A stretch of DNA of 64,000 bases from Eledone cirrhosa (taxonomy: Eukaryota), in assembly GCA_964016885.1 (NCBI GenBank), contig CAXHJY010001472.1, positions 62,001 to 126,000 on the forward strand, given 5' to 3'. This document shows positions 25,731 through 39,917 of the stretch, piece after piece. The first letter of the stretch is position 1. Every line of letters begins with the position of its first letter. The notes under the pieces were generated by a model. It was not told where the DNA came from, made no database searches, and saw only the letters and a program-made list of their open reading frames with translations. A program made the translations under genes and the position numbers.

Positions 25731-28700
25731 GAGAGAGAGAAATTACCCTCAGTAGATCAGACAGAGGGACCAGCTATTGAGATTAACGAATATAGGGTCC
25801 AAGAGGCGATTAAGGAAATGAAAAATGGTGAGGCTGCTGGACCATCGGAGATAGTTGCTGAGATGCTGAAGGCCTCAGGGGACGTAGGCACTAAACTGGT
25901 TGCACACATCATCAATCAGGCTATATATGGCAGTGTCATACCCAAAGACTAGTGCAAAAGTAAAGGGGACGCTCTTGAGAGGAGAAATTATAGGGATATA
26001 AAACTGATGGATCAGGTTATGAAAGTGGCAGAAAGGATATTAGCACAACTAATTAGAGAAAGGGTCAAACTAGATGAGATGCAGTTTGGTTTTGTGCCTG
26101 GGAATAGTACAACAGATGCCCTCTTCTTGATGAGACAATTACAAGAGAGGTTCTTAGAGAAAAATAAGCCACTATACTTAGCCTTTGTTGACCTAGAGAA
26201 GGCCTTTGATAGGGTACGCCGATCTGTCATCTTATTATTTAACCTATAAATGGGGCCCCAACAGGTACTACTACACCAGGCCAGAGCAGACCTGGGAGTT
26301 ATGACAACTAAGGGGGTAACTCCACGTTCCCCACAGTTCCTCCTGAACTTGAGCCTTGCCACTGGATGTAGTTTAATGTCATACCCAGGACAAATATATA
26401 CATACATATATATATACATACACACATATATATATATATATATACATATATACAAATATATATATGCGTACGAAAGTGTGGTTACATGATGCCGATGCGA
26501 GATGTGCGACCCTGCATGGTAGTGAGACATGGACAGCAACTGCAGAGAGTATGCGATGGCTGGAGAGAAATGAAGCAAGCACGCTCCGTTGGATGTGCAA
26601 TGTCAATGTGCGGGAACGACCAAGCATAAACGAGTTGAGAGAGAAACTGTGTTTAAGAGGGATAAGTTGTGGTGTGCAAGAGAGGACTGAGATGGTATGG
26701 ACATGTGATGCGCATGGAGGTTGAGCGCTGGGTAAAGAAGGGAGACGCAGTAGAGGAAGACCACGAAAAACATGGGTGGAGGTGGTGAGAGCCGACTTCA
26801 GATCGCTGAAACTCACCAAGGAGATGACGAAGGACCGTGACAAGTGAAGAGATGCTTTGCTCAAGAGGACCTGTCCCACCCTTTCAAGCAGGGAAAAGCG
26901 GACGTAAAATGATGAACAGACGATGATAATGATGCTCTCTATATATCTATCTCTCTATCAATCTATCCAGATATCTGTGCATCAGTCTATCTATAAACAC
27001 CCTCCTGCACTTCTCACTCCGTCTCAGGATCACCGAGACATCACCAACAACCAACCCATGCTGTGGGAAACAGTCCTCCCCGGGGCACACCCTGGTACTT
27101 CACACCATCTGTCTGTCTCGCTGCCTAACTACCGAGAAATCCGGCTTCTGTGCTTGCCTAATTTGTAGGTTATTAGGCAGTTGGCAGGTTTGCGGAAGTT
27201 GGTTTTGCAAATGGTTAAAACACTTGCATCACAAAATTCAAATAGCATCACTCCTTGTTTTATCTTTCTCGTCTTTACCTAGGCCTGCATAAGTTAGTGT
27301 TACGGTTAGTATTACTGTTAGCGTTACGGCTAGTTTTAGGGTTAATTGAGAGCAAGAAACTGCTGCTAGGTAAAGACAAGAAATTCTGCATTTACAAGCA
27401 ATTTTTACAAACAGCCACAATGACAGGACGGAGACATCGTTATGCTAGCAGGGGATTTCAATGGTCATGTTGGACAGCTCTACGATGGTTACACTGAGGT
27501 ACATGTTGGGCACACTTACGGCTTAAGAAATGAAGCAGTGAAACTTCTTGAATTTTGCGATGCAATTGCACTAACCATCTACAACACTAACTTACACAAA
27601 TCTGCCAACCACCTAATAACCTACAAATCAGGCAAGCACATAAGCCAGATTGACTTCTTGCTAGTTAGGCAGCGGGACAGGCAGATGGTGTCAAATACAA
27701 AGGCATACCCCGGGGAAGAATGTACCCCAAGCAAGAGACTGAATGAGACATACAGGAAGGTGTGGAAAAAAGAAAGGTCTGGAAGCTAAAAGAGCTCTCA
27801 CTAAAATACAAATTTAGGAAAGCCCTTCAATATGTGTATGATGAAAAAGAAGACCATTTAGAGTCGTACAACATAGATGATAACTGGAATTTCTTATGCG
27901 ATACCTTACTGCAGGTTACTGATGAAACTTGTGGCTGGATCAGAGTTCCAACCAGACAGAGAGTGACATGGTGGTGGGACAGCACGGTAGATCGGGCCAT
28001 TGGAGACTAAAGACTAGCATGGAATGCTTGCAAAATTAGTGCGAGTAGAGAAGAATATACAGCCGCTAAGAGAGAAGCTTGACGTCAGGTGTACTTAGCA
28101 TGCAAGGAGGCTGCTCGACGACGTGCGCTGTTCCGTACTGCGAGGCAGTGTGTCAGTGCAAATCGGGATTAAGTCTGTCCGCAATGATGCCGCTGTACTT
28201 TGTGTCACGAATGAGTGTTGATGAGTAGAAAAGAGGACAAAACTCTATTCCGTCAGGGAAATGGCCATGTTCGATATGCAGAAACGGAACTGGCATAAAT
28301 TATATAAAACGTACACAAAAGATCGAGTGCGATAGCAGGCACGTAGTGGGATAGCAGGCAAACTAACAGCATATTTTGATTATAATAAAACAAATAATAA
28401 TAGTAATAATAATAATAATAATAATCGTCATTGTTCTTTTCTTCTGTGCCTTTCTTTGCCTTCTCTGTCATCTGAATAACAAAAATAAAAGAAAAAAGAA
28501 TCTTAAACATATGTTGCCTTTACAAAGTGCTGTGATCAAAGTAGCTTTTAAGCAATTTCCTAACTAACAAACAACATCAACAAAATATATACAAATATCT
28601 TTGAATGTCAAGTCCACCAAGAGAAAATAGTCATAATGTACTTACAGATACAATGCTAGGGACTCGCATCAATGAGTTTTAGTAGAAAATGACTGACTGA

Positions 28701-29329
28701 CTGTTGAGGGACAGAGGTGTGTTTTCAAATATTTATCAATTCACAACAAAGCCTCACAAAGCTACATCATAATGCAAACTCACAACACCCTTCTTATGCA
28801 ACCTCACCAAGCAACCCCACAACACAACCTCACGTTCACAATTCACAACACTCAACAAGGCATTCGTTATCTAGGGTTTACAGTAAACATAGCGAGGTAA
28901 AACACACCCAGTACACTCTGTAAAGTGGTCATTAGGTTAAGATTAAACTGAAATCATACCTCCATTGTCGTTGGCGTATATTTTCTCTAAAACTTAATTT
29001 CATTGCTTTCATTTCTCTTCTTTTTCTTCTATTCCATCTAAATATGAAAAAAATTATACAGGTCATTTCGTCTTATCAAGAGGTCCATTTAAAAAAAAAA
29101 AAAAAAAAAAAAAACCGAGATAATACCTTAAAATAATGGTAAAAAAAGTGTTTAATTACGAAAATCCTTTGAAATAACTTCCTCGCTCTTACTGGTCATA
29201 CCTGCAAAACACAAAACACTAGCGTTAGCGTGAACAGTGCAGTGCAGTGCAATTTAGTATGGTGCAGTTTAGTGGCACAGTACACTGTAAAACATTTAGC
29301 CAATCTCTCAGACATTTACAAATCTTTCA

Positions 29330-29365
<36 letters not shown>

Positions 29366-32300
29366 GAGAGAGAGAAATTACCCTCAGTAGATCAGACAGA
29401 GGGACCAGCTATTGAGATTAACGAATATAGGGTCCAAGAGGCGATTAAGGAAATGAAAAATGGTGAGGCTGCTGGACCATCGGAGATAGTTGCTGAGATG
29501 CTGAAGGCCTCAGGGGACGTAGGCACTAAACTGGTTGCACACATCATCAATCAGGCTATATATGGCAGTGTCATACCCAAAGACTAGTGCAAAAGTAAAG
29601 GGGACGCTCTTGAGAGGAGAAATTATAGGGATATAAAACTGATGGATCAGGTTATGAAAGTGGCAGAAAGGATATTAGCACAACTAATTAGAGAAAGGGT
29701 CAAACTAGATGAGATGCAGTTTGGTTTTGTGCCTGGGAATAGTACAACAGATGCCCTCTTCTTGATGAGACAATTACAAGAGAGGTTCTTAGAGAAAAAT
29801 AAGCCACTATACTTAGCCTTTGTTGACCTAGAGAAGGCCTTTGATAGGGTACGCCGATCTGTCATCTTATTATTTAACCTATAAATGGGGCCCCAACAGG
29901 TACTACTACACCAGGCCAGAGCAGACCTGGGAGTTATGACAACTAAGGGGGTAACTCCACGTTCCCCACAGTTCCTCCTGAACTTGAGCCTTGCCACTGG
30001 ATGTAGTTTAATGTCATACCCAGGACAAATATATACATACATATATATATACATACACACATATATATATATATATATACATATATACAAATATATATAT
30101 GCGTACGAAAGTGTGGTTACATGATGCCTATGCGAGATGTGCGACCCTGCATGGTAGTGAGACATGGACAGCAACTGCAGAGGGTATGCGATGGCTGGAG
30201 AGAAATGAAGCAAGCACGCTCCGTTGGATGTGCAATGTCAATGTGCGGGAACGACCAAGCATAAACGAGTTGAGAGAGAAACTGTGTTTAAGAGGGATAA
30301 GTTGTGGTGTGCAAGAGAGGACTGAGATGGTATGGACATGTGATGCGCATGGAGGTTGAGCGCTGGGTAAAGAAGGGAGACGCAGTAGAGGAAGACCACG
30401 AAAAACATGGGTGGAGGTGGTGAGAGCCGACTTCAGATCGCTGAAACTCACCAAGGAGATGACGAAGGACCGTGACAAGTGAAGAGATGCTTTGCTCAAG
30501 AGGACCTGTCCCACCCTTTCAAGCAGGGAAAAGCGGACGTAAAATGATGAACAGACGATGATAATGATGCTCTCTATATATCTATCTCTCTATCAATCTA
30601 TCCAGATATCTGTGCATCAGTCTATCTATAAACACCCTCCTGCACTTCTCACTCCGTCTCAGGATCACCGAGACATCACCAACAACCAACCCATGCTGTG
30701 GGAAACAGTCCTCCCCGGGGCACACCCTGGTACTTCACACCATCTGTCTGTCTCGCTGCCTAACTACCGAGAAATCCGGCTTCTGTGCTTGCCTAATTTG
30801 TAGGTTATTAGGCAGTTGGCAGGTTTGCGGAAGTTGGTTTTGCAAATGGTTAAAACACTTGCATCACAAAATTCAAATAGCATCACTCCTTGTTTTATCT
30901 TTCTCGTCTTTACCTAGGCCTGCATAAGTTAGTGTTACGGTTAGTATTACTGTTAGCGTTACGGCTAGTTTTAGGGTTAATTGAGAGCAAGAAACTGCTG
31001 CTAGGTAAAGACAAGAAATTCTGCATTTACAAGCAATTTTTACAAACAGCCACAATGACAGGACGGAGACATCGTTATGCTAGCAGGGGATTTCAATGGT
31101 CATGTTGGACAGCTCTACGATGGTTACACTGAGGTACATGTTGGGCACACTTACGGCTTAAGAAATGAAGCAGTGAAACTTCTTGAATTTTGCGATGCAA
31201 TTGCACTAACCATCTACAACACTAACTTACACAAATCTGCCAACCACCTAATAACCTACAAATCAGGCAAGCACATAAGCCAGATTGACTTCTTGCTAGT
31301 TAGGCAGCGGGACAGGCAGATGGTGTCAAATACAAAGGCATACCCCGGGGAAGAATGTACCCCAAGCAAGAGACTGAATGAGACATACAGGAAGGTGTGG
31401 AAAAAAGAAAGGTCTGGAAGCTAAAAGAGCTCTCACTAAAATACAAATTTAGGAAAGCCCTTCAATATGTGTATGATGAAAAAGAAGACCATTTAGAGTC
31501 GTACAACATAGATGATAACTGGAATTTCTTATGCGATACCTTACTGCAGGTTACTGATGAAACTTGTGGCTGGATCAGAGTTCCAACCAGACAGAGAGTG
31601 ACATGGTGGTGGGACAGCACGGTAGATCGGGCCATTGGAGACTAAAGACTAGCATGGAATGCTTGCAAAATTAGTGCGAGTAGAGAAGAATATACAGCCG
31701 CTAAGAGAGAAGCTTGACGTCAGGTGTACTTAGCATGCAAGGAGGCTGCTCGACGACGTGCGCTGTTCCGTACTGCGAGGCAGTGTGTCAGTGCAAATCG
31801 GGATTAAGTCTGTCCGCAATGATGCCGCTGTACTTTGTGTCACGAATGAGTGTTGATGAGTAGAAAAGAGGACAAAACTCTATTCCGTCAGGGAAATGGC
31901 CATGTTCGATATGCAGAAACGGAACTGGCATAAATTATATAAAACGTACACAAAAGATCGAGTGCGATAGCAGGCACGTAGTGGGATAGCAGGCAAACTA
32001 ACAGCATATTTTGATTATAATAAAACAAATAATAATAGTAATAATAATAATAATAATCGTCATTGTTCTTTTCTTCTGTGCCTTTCTTTGCCTTCTCTGT
32101 CATCTGAATAACAAAAATAAAAGAAAAAAGAATCTTAAACATATGTTGCCTTTACAAAGTGCTGTGATCAAAGTAGCTTTTAAGCAATTTCCTAACTAAC
32201 AAACAACATCAACAAAATATATACAAATATCTTTGAATGTCAAGTCCACCAAGAGAAAATAGTCATAATGTACTTACAGATACAATGCTAGGGATTCGCA

Positions 32301-32718
32301 TCAATGAGTTTTAGTAGAAAATGACTGACTGACTGTTGAGGGACAGAGGTGTGTTTTCAAATATTTATCAATTCACAACAAAGCCTCACAAAGCTACATC
32401 ATAATGCAAACTCACAACACCCTTCTTATGCAACCTCACCAAGCAACCCCACAACACAACCTCACGTTCACAATTCACAACACTCAACAAGGCATTCGTT
32501 ATCTAGGGTTTACAGTAAACATAGCGAGGTAAAACACACCCAGTACACTCTGTAAAGTGGTCATTAGGTTAAGATTAAACTGAAATCATACCTCCATTGT
32601 CGTTGGCGTATATTTTCTCTAAAACTTAATTTCATTGCTTTCATTTCTCTTCTTTTTCTTCTATTCCATCTAAATATGAAAAAAATTATACAGGTCATTT
32701 CGTCTTATCAAGAGGTCC

Positions 32719-32752
<34 letters not shown>

Positions 32753-32990
32753 GATATAATACCTTAAAATAATGGTAAAAAAAGTGTTTAATTACGAAAA
32801 TCCTTTGAAATAACTTCCTCGCTCTTACTGGTCATACCTGCAAAACACAAAACACTAGCGTTAGAGTGAACAGTGCAGTGCAGTGCAGTGCAGTGCAGTG
32901 CAGTGTAGTGTAATTTAGTATGGTGCAGTTTAGTGGCACAGTACACTGTAAAACATTTAGCCAATCTCTCAGACATTTACAAATCTTTCA

Positions 32991-33026
<36 letters not shown>

Positions 33027-36000
33027 GAGAGAGAGAAATTACCCTCAGTAGATCAGACAGAGGGACCAGCTATTGAGATTAACGAATATAGGGTCCAAGA
33101 GGCGATTAAGGAAATGAAAAATGGTGAGGCTGCTGGACCATCGGAGATAGTTGCTGAGATGCTGAAGGCCTCAGGGGACGTAGGCACTAAACTGGTTGCA
33201 CACATCATCAATCAGGCTATATATGGCAGTGTCATACCCAAAGACTAGTGCAAAAGTAAAGGGGACGCTCTTGAGAGGAGAAATTATAGGGATATAAAAC
33301 TGATGGATCAGGTTATGAAAGTGGCAGAAAGGATATTAGCACAACTAATTAGAGAAAGGGTCAAACTAGATGAGATGCAGTTTGGTTTTGTGCCTGGGAA
33401 TAGTACAACAGATGCCCTCTTCTTGATGAGACAATTACAAGAGAGGTTCTTAGAGAAAAATAAGCCACTATACTTAGCCTTTGTTGACCTAGAGAAGGCC
33501 TTTGATAGGGTACGCCGATCTGTCATCTTATTATTTAACCTATAAATGGGGCCCCAACAGGTACTACTACACCAGGCCAGAGCAGACATGGGAGTTATGA
33601 CAACTAAGGGGGTAACTCCACGTTCCCCACAGTTCCTCCTGAACTTGAGCCTTGCCACTGGATGTAGTTTAATGTCATACCCAGGACAAATATATACATA
33701 CATATATATATACATACACACACATATATATATATATATACATATATACAAATATATATATGCGTACGAAAGTGTGGTTACATGATGCCTATGCGAGATG
33801 TGCGACCCTGCATGGTAGTGAGACATGGACAGCAACTGCAGAGGGTATGCGATGGCTGGAGAGAAATGAAGCAAGCACGCTCCGTTGGATGTGCAATGTC
33901 AATGTGCGGGAACGACCAAGCATAAACGAGTTGAGAGAGAAACTGTGTTTAAGAGGGATAAGTTGTGGTGTGCAAGAGAGGACTGAGATGGTATGGACAT
34001 GTGATGCGCATGGAGGTTGAGCGCTGGGTAAAGAAGGGAGACGCAGTAGAGGAAGACCACGAAAAACATGGGTGGAGGTGGTGAGAGCCGACTTCAGATC
34101 GCTGAAACTCACCAAGGAGATGACGAAGGACCGTGACAAGTGAAGAGATGCTTTGCTCAAGAGGACCTGTCCCACCCTTTCAAGCAGGGAAAAGCGGACG
34201 TAAAATGATGAACAGACGATGATAATGATGCTCTCTATATATCTATCTCTCTATCAATCTATCCAGATATCTGTGCATCAGTCTATCTATAAACACCCTC
34301 CTGCACTTCTCACTCCGTCTCAGGATCACCGAGACATCACCAACAACCAACCCATGCTGTGGGAAACAGTCCTCCCCGGGGCACACCCTGGTACTTCACA
34401 CCATCTGTCTGTCTCGCTGCCTAACTACCGAGAAATCCGGCTTCTGTGCTTGCCTAATTTGTAGGTTATTAGGCAGTTGGCAGGTTTGCGGAAGTTGGTT
34501 TTGCAAATGGTTAAAACACTTGCATCACAAAATTCAAATAGCATCACTCCTTGTTTTATCTTTCTCGTCTTTACCTAGGCCTGCATAAGTTAGTGTTACG
34601 GTTAGTATTACTGTTAGCGTTACGGCTAGTTTTAGGGTTAATTGAGAGCAAGAAACTGCTGCTAGGTAAAGACAAGAAATTCTGCATTTACAAGCAATTT
34701 TTACAAACAGCCACAATGACAGGACGGAGACATCGTTATGCTAGCAGGGGATTTCAATGGTCATGTTGGACAGCTCTACGATGGTTACACTGAGGTACAT
34801 GTTGGGCACACTTACGGCTTAAGAAATGAAGCAGTGAAACTTCTTGAATTTTGCGATGCAATTGCACTAACCATCTACAACACTAACTTACACAAATCTG
34901 CCAACCACCTAATAACCTACAAATCAGGCAAGCACATAAGCCAGATTGACTTCTTGCTAGTTAGGCAGCGGGACAGGCAGATGGTGTCAAATACAAAGGC
35001 ATACCCCGGGGAAGAATGTACCCCAAGCAAGAGACTGAATGAGACATACAGGAAGGTGTGGAAAAAAGAAAGGTCTGGAAGCTAAAAGAGCTCTCACTAA
35101 AATACAAATTTAGGAAAGCCCTTCAATATGTGTATGATGAAAAAGAAGACCATTTAGAGTCGTACAACATAGATGATAACTGGAATTTCTTATGCGATAC
35201 CTTACTGCAGGTTACTGATGAAACTTGTGGCTGGATCAGAGTTCCAACCAGACAGAGAGTGACATGGTGGTGGGACAGCACGGTAGATCGGGCCATTGGA
35301 GACTAAAGACTAGCATGGAATGCTTGCAAAATTAGTGCGAGTAGAGAAGAATATACAGCCGCTAAGAGAGAAGCTTGACGTCAGGTGTACTTAGCATGCA
35401 AGGAGGCTGCTCGACGACGTGCGCTGTTCCGTACTGCGAGGCAGTGTGTCAGTGCAAATCGGGATTAAGTCTGTCCGCAATGATGCCGCTGTACTTTGTG
35501 TCACGAATGAGTGTTGATGAGTAGAAAAGAGGACAAAACTCTATTCCGTCAGGGAAATGGCCATGTTCGATATGCAGAAACGGAACTGGCATAAATTATA
35601 TAAAACGTACACAAAAGATCGAGTGCGATAGCAGGCACGTAGTGGGATAGCAGGCAAACTAACAGCATATTTTGATTATAATAAAACAAATAATAATAGT
35701 AATAATAATAATAATAATAATCGTCATTGTTCTTTTCTTCTGTGCCTTTCTTTGCCTTCTCTGTCATCTGAATAACAAAAATAAAAGAAAAAAGAATCTT
35801 AAACATATGTTGCCTTTACAAAGTGCTGTGATCAAAGTAGCTTTTAAGCAATTTCCTAACTAACAAACAACATCAACAAAATATATACAAATATCTTTGA
35901 ATGTCAAGTCCACCAAGAGAAAATAGTCATAATGTACTTACAGATACAATGCTAGGGACTCGCATCAATGAGTTTTAGTAGAAAATGACTGACTGACTGT

Positions 36001-36635
36001 TGAGGGACAGAGGTGTGTTTTCAAATATTTATCAATTCACAACAAAGCCTCACAAAGCTACATCATAATGCAAACTCACAACACCCTTCTTATGCAACCT
36101 CACCAAGCAACCCCACAACACAACCTCACGTTCACAATTCACAACACTCAACAAGGCATTCGTTATCTAGGGTTTACAGTAAACATAGCGAGGTAAAACA
36201 CACCCAGTACACTCTGTAAAGTGGTCATTAGGTTAAGATTAAACTGAAATCATACCTCCATTGTCGTTGGCGTATATTTTCTCTAAAACTTAATTTCATT
36301 GCTTTCATTTCTCTTCTTTTTCTTCTATTCCATCTAAATATGAAAAAAATTATACAGGTCATTTCGTCTTATCAAGAGGTCCATTTAAAAAAAAAAAAAA
36401 AAAAAAAAACCCGAGATAATACCTTAAAATAATGGTAAAAAAAGTGTTTAATTACGAAAATCCTTTGAAATAACTTCCTCGCTCTTACTGGTCATACCTG
36501 CAAAACACAAAACACTAGCGTTAGCGTGAACAGTGCAGTGCAGTGCAGTGCAGTGCAATTTAGTATGGTGCAGTTTAGTGGCACAGTACACTGTAAAACA
36601 TTTAGCCAATCTCTCAGACATTTACAAATCTTTCA

Positions 36636-36671
<36 letters not shown>

Positions 36672-39021
36672 GAGAGAGAAGAAATTACCCTCAGTAGATC
36701 AGACAGAGGGACCAGCTATTGAGATTAACGAATATAGGGTCCAAGAGGCGATTAAGGAAATGAAAAATGGTGAGGCTGCTGGACCATCGGAGATAGTTGC
36801 TGAGATGCTGAAGGCCTCAGGGGACGTAGGCACTAAACTGGTTGCACACATCATCAATCAGGCTATATATGGCAGTGTCATACCCAAAGACTAGTGCAAA
36901 AGTAAAGGGGACGCTCTTGAGAGGAGAAATTATAGGGATATAAAACTGATGGATCAGGTTATGAAAGTGGCAGAAAGGATATTAGCACAACTAATTAGAG
37001 AAAGGGTCAAACTAGATGAGATGCAGTTTGGTTTTGTGCCTGGGAATAGTACAACAGATGCCCTCTTCTTGATGAGACAATTACAAGAGAGGTTCTTAGA
37101 GAAAAATAAGCCACTATACTTAGCCTTTGTTGACCTAGAGAAGGCCTTTGATAGGGTACGCCGATCTGTCATCTTATTATTTAACCTATAAATGGGGCCC
37201 CAACAGGTACTACTACACCAGGCCAGAGCAGACATGGGAGTTATGACAACTAAGGGGGTAACTCCACGTTCCCCACAGTTCCTCCTGAACTTGAGCCTTG
37301 CCACTGGATGTAGTTTAATGTCATACCCAGGACAAATATATACATACATATATATATACATACACACACATATATATATATATATACATATATACAAATA
37401 TATATATGCGTACGAAAGTGTGGTTACATGATGCCTATGCGAGATGTGCGACCCTGCATGGTAGTGAGACATGGACAGCAACTGCAGAGGGTATGCGATG
37501 GCTGGAGAGAAATGAAGCAAGCACGCTCCGTTGGATGTGCAATGTCAATGTGCGGGAACGACCAAGCATAAACGAGTTGAGAGAGAAACTGTGTTTAAGA
37601 GGGATAAGTTGTGGTGTGCAAGAGAGGACTGAGATGGTATGGACATGTGATGCGCATGGAGGTTGAGCGCTGGGTAAAGAAGGGAGACGCAGTAGAGGAA
37701 GACCACGAAAAACATGGGTGGAGGTGGTGAGAGCCGACTTCAGATCGCTGAAACTCACCAAGGAGATGACGAAGGACCGTGACAAGTGAAGAGATGCTTT
37801 GCTCAAGAGGACCTGTCCCACCCTTTCAAGCAGGGAAAAGCGGACGTAAAATGATGAACAGACGATGATAATGATGCTCTCTATATATCTATCTCTCTAT
37901 CAATCTATCCAGATATCTGTGCATCAGTCTATCTATAAACACCCTCCTGCACTTCTCACTCCGTCTCAGGATCACCGAGACATCACCAACAACCAACCCA
38001 TGCTGTGGGAAACAGTCCTCCCCGGGGCACACCCTGGTACTTCACACCATCTGTCTGTCTCGCTGCCTAACTACCGAGAAATCCGGCTTCTGTGCTTGCC
38101 TAATTTGTAGGTTATTAGGCAGTTGGCAGGTTTGCGGAAGTTGGTTTTGCAAATGGTTAAAACACTTGCATCACAAAATTCAAATAGCATCACTCCTTGT
38201 TTTATCTTTCTCGTCTTTACCTAGGCCTGCATAAGTTAGTGTTACGGTTAGTGTTACTGTTAGCGTTACGGCTAGTTTTAGGGTTAATTGAGAGCAAGAA
38301 ACTGCTGCTAGGTAAAGACAAGAAATTCTGCATTTACAAGCAATTTTTACAAACAGCCACAATGACAGGACGGAGACATCGTTATGCTAGCAGGGGATTT
38401 CAATGGTCATGTTGGACAGCTCTACGATGGTTACACTGAGGTACATGTTGGGCACACTTACGGCTTAAGAAATGAAGCAGTGAAACTTCTTGAATTTTGC
38501 GATGCAATTGCACTAACCATCTACAACACTAACTTACACAAATCTGCCAACCACCTAATAACCTACAAATCAGGCAAGCACATAAGCCAGATTGACTTCT
38601 TGCTAGTTAGGCAGCGGGACAGGCAGATGGTGTCAAATACAAAGGCATACCCCGGGGAAGAATGTACCCCAAGCAAGAGACTGAATGAGACATACAGGAA
38701 GGTGTGGAAAAAAGAAAGGTCTGGAAGCTAAAAGAGCTCTCACTAAAATACAAATTTAGGAAAGCCCTTCAATATGTGTATGATGAAAAAGAAGACCATT
38801 TAGAGTCGTACAACATAGATGATAACTGGAATTTCTTATGCGATACCTTACTGCAGGTTACTGATGAAACTTGTGGCTGGATCAGAGTTCCAACCAGACA
38901 GAGAGTGACATGGTGGTGGGACAGCACGGTAGATCGGGCCATTGGAGACTAAAGACTAGCATGGAATGCTTGCAAAATTAGTGCGAGTAGAGAAGAATAT
39001 ACAGCCGCTAAGAGAGAAGCT

Positions 39022-39709
39022 AGAGGTTAGGTGTACTTAGCACGCAAGGAGGCTGCTCGACAAGAAGATCAAAGACGCGCCGTGTTCCGTATTGCGAGGC
39101 CGTGTGTCAGTGCAAATCGAGATTAAGTTTGTCTGCTCAATGATGCCGGCGTACTTAGTTTTACGGATGGTCAGAAAAAAAAGGCCTGGAAATGTCATTA
39201 AGAGAGACTGATGAATGTGGAGACCCAATGTGAGAAAGAGAGAAATTACCCCCCCCAGTACATCCGACAGAGGGATCAGCTATTCAGATTGACGAATATA
39301 TGGTCTAAGAGGCGATTAAGGAAATGAATAATGGTAAGGCCGCTGGACCGTCAGGAATAGTTGCCGAGATGCTGCAGGCATCAGGGGACATAGGCACTCA
39401 ACTGGTTGCACGCTTCATCAAATCAGGCTATATATGTCGGTTTTGTACTCAAAGACTGCTGCAGCAATATTCTCGTAAATTGCTACAAAGGTAAAGGAGA
39501 TGCTCTGGACATGAGCAATTATAGAGGAATAAAGCTGATGGATCAGGTTGTGAAAGTGGCAGAAAGGATATTAGCGCAACTAATTATAGAAAGGGTCCAA
39601 CTAGATGCGATGCAGTTTGGTTATGTGCCTGGGAAAAGTGCAACAGATACCCTCTTAGGGAGACAACTACAAGAGAGGTTATTAGAAGCCACTATACTTA
39701 GCTTTTGTT
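39022..39709 (+). mobile_element. RTE family A continuation (linker to RT), a diverged paralog of the unit sequence
   Basis: KKAWKCH, AAGPSGIVAEML, LVNCYKGKGDALDMSNYRGIKLMDQVVKVAERI, QFGYVPGKS. It keeps sequence that is deleted in the array units. Confidence 0.9.
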
Positions 39710-39880
39710 GAAATAACTTCCTTTCTCTTACTGATCATAACTGCAAAATAGAAAACAGTAGCGTTAGCGTGAACAGTACAGTGCAGTGTAGTGTAGTGTG
39801 ATTTAGTATGGTGCAGTTTAGTGGCACAGTACACTGTAAAACATTTAGCCAATCTCTCAGACATTTACAAATATTTTAAG

Positions 39881-39917
<37 letters not shown>

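Larger units (their letters stand above)
1..39021. repeat. Tandem macrosatellite, ~3.65 kb unit, ~10.7 copies (continues beyond the left edge)
   Basis: An identical ORF (MDQVMKVAE...) recurs at 416, 4080, 7728, 11376, 15035, 18695, 22355, 26007, 29642, 33303 and 36949 (spacing 3635-3664). Units differ only by a few SNPs and by microsatellite/poly-A length. Identity to the unit stops at 39021. Confidence 0.99.

Noticed and set aside
1-39021. CRISPR-like array, rDNA or histone gene cluster
   Set aside because: No repeat-spacer structure and no rRNA, snRNA or histone sequence recognised; the units are TE mosaics.
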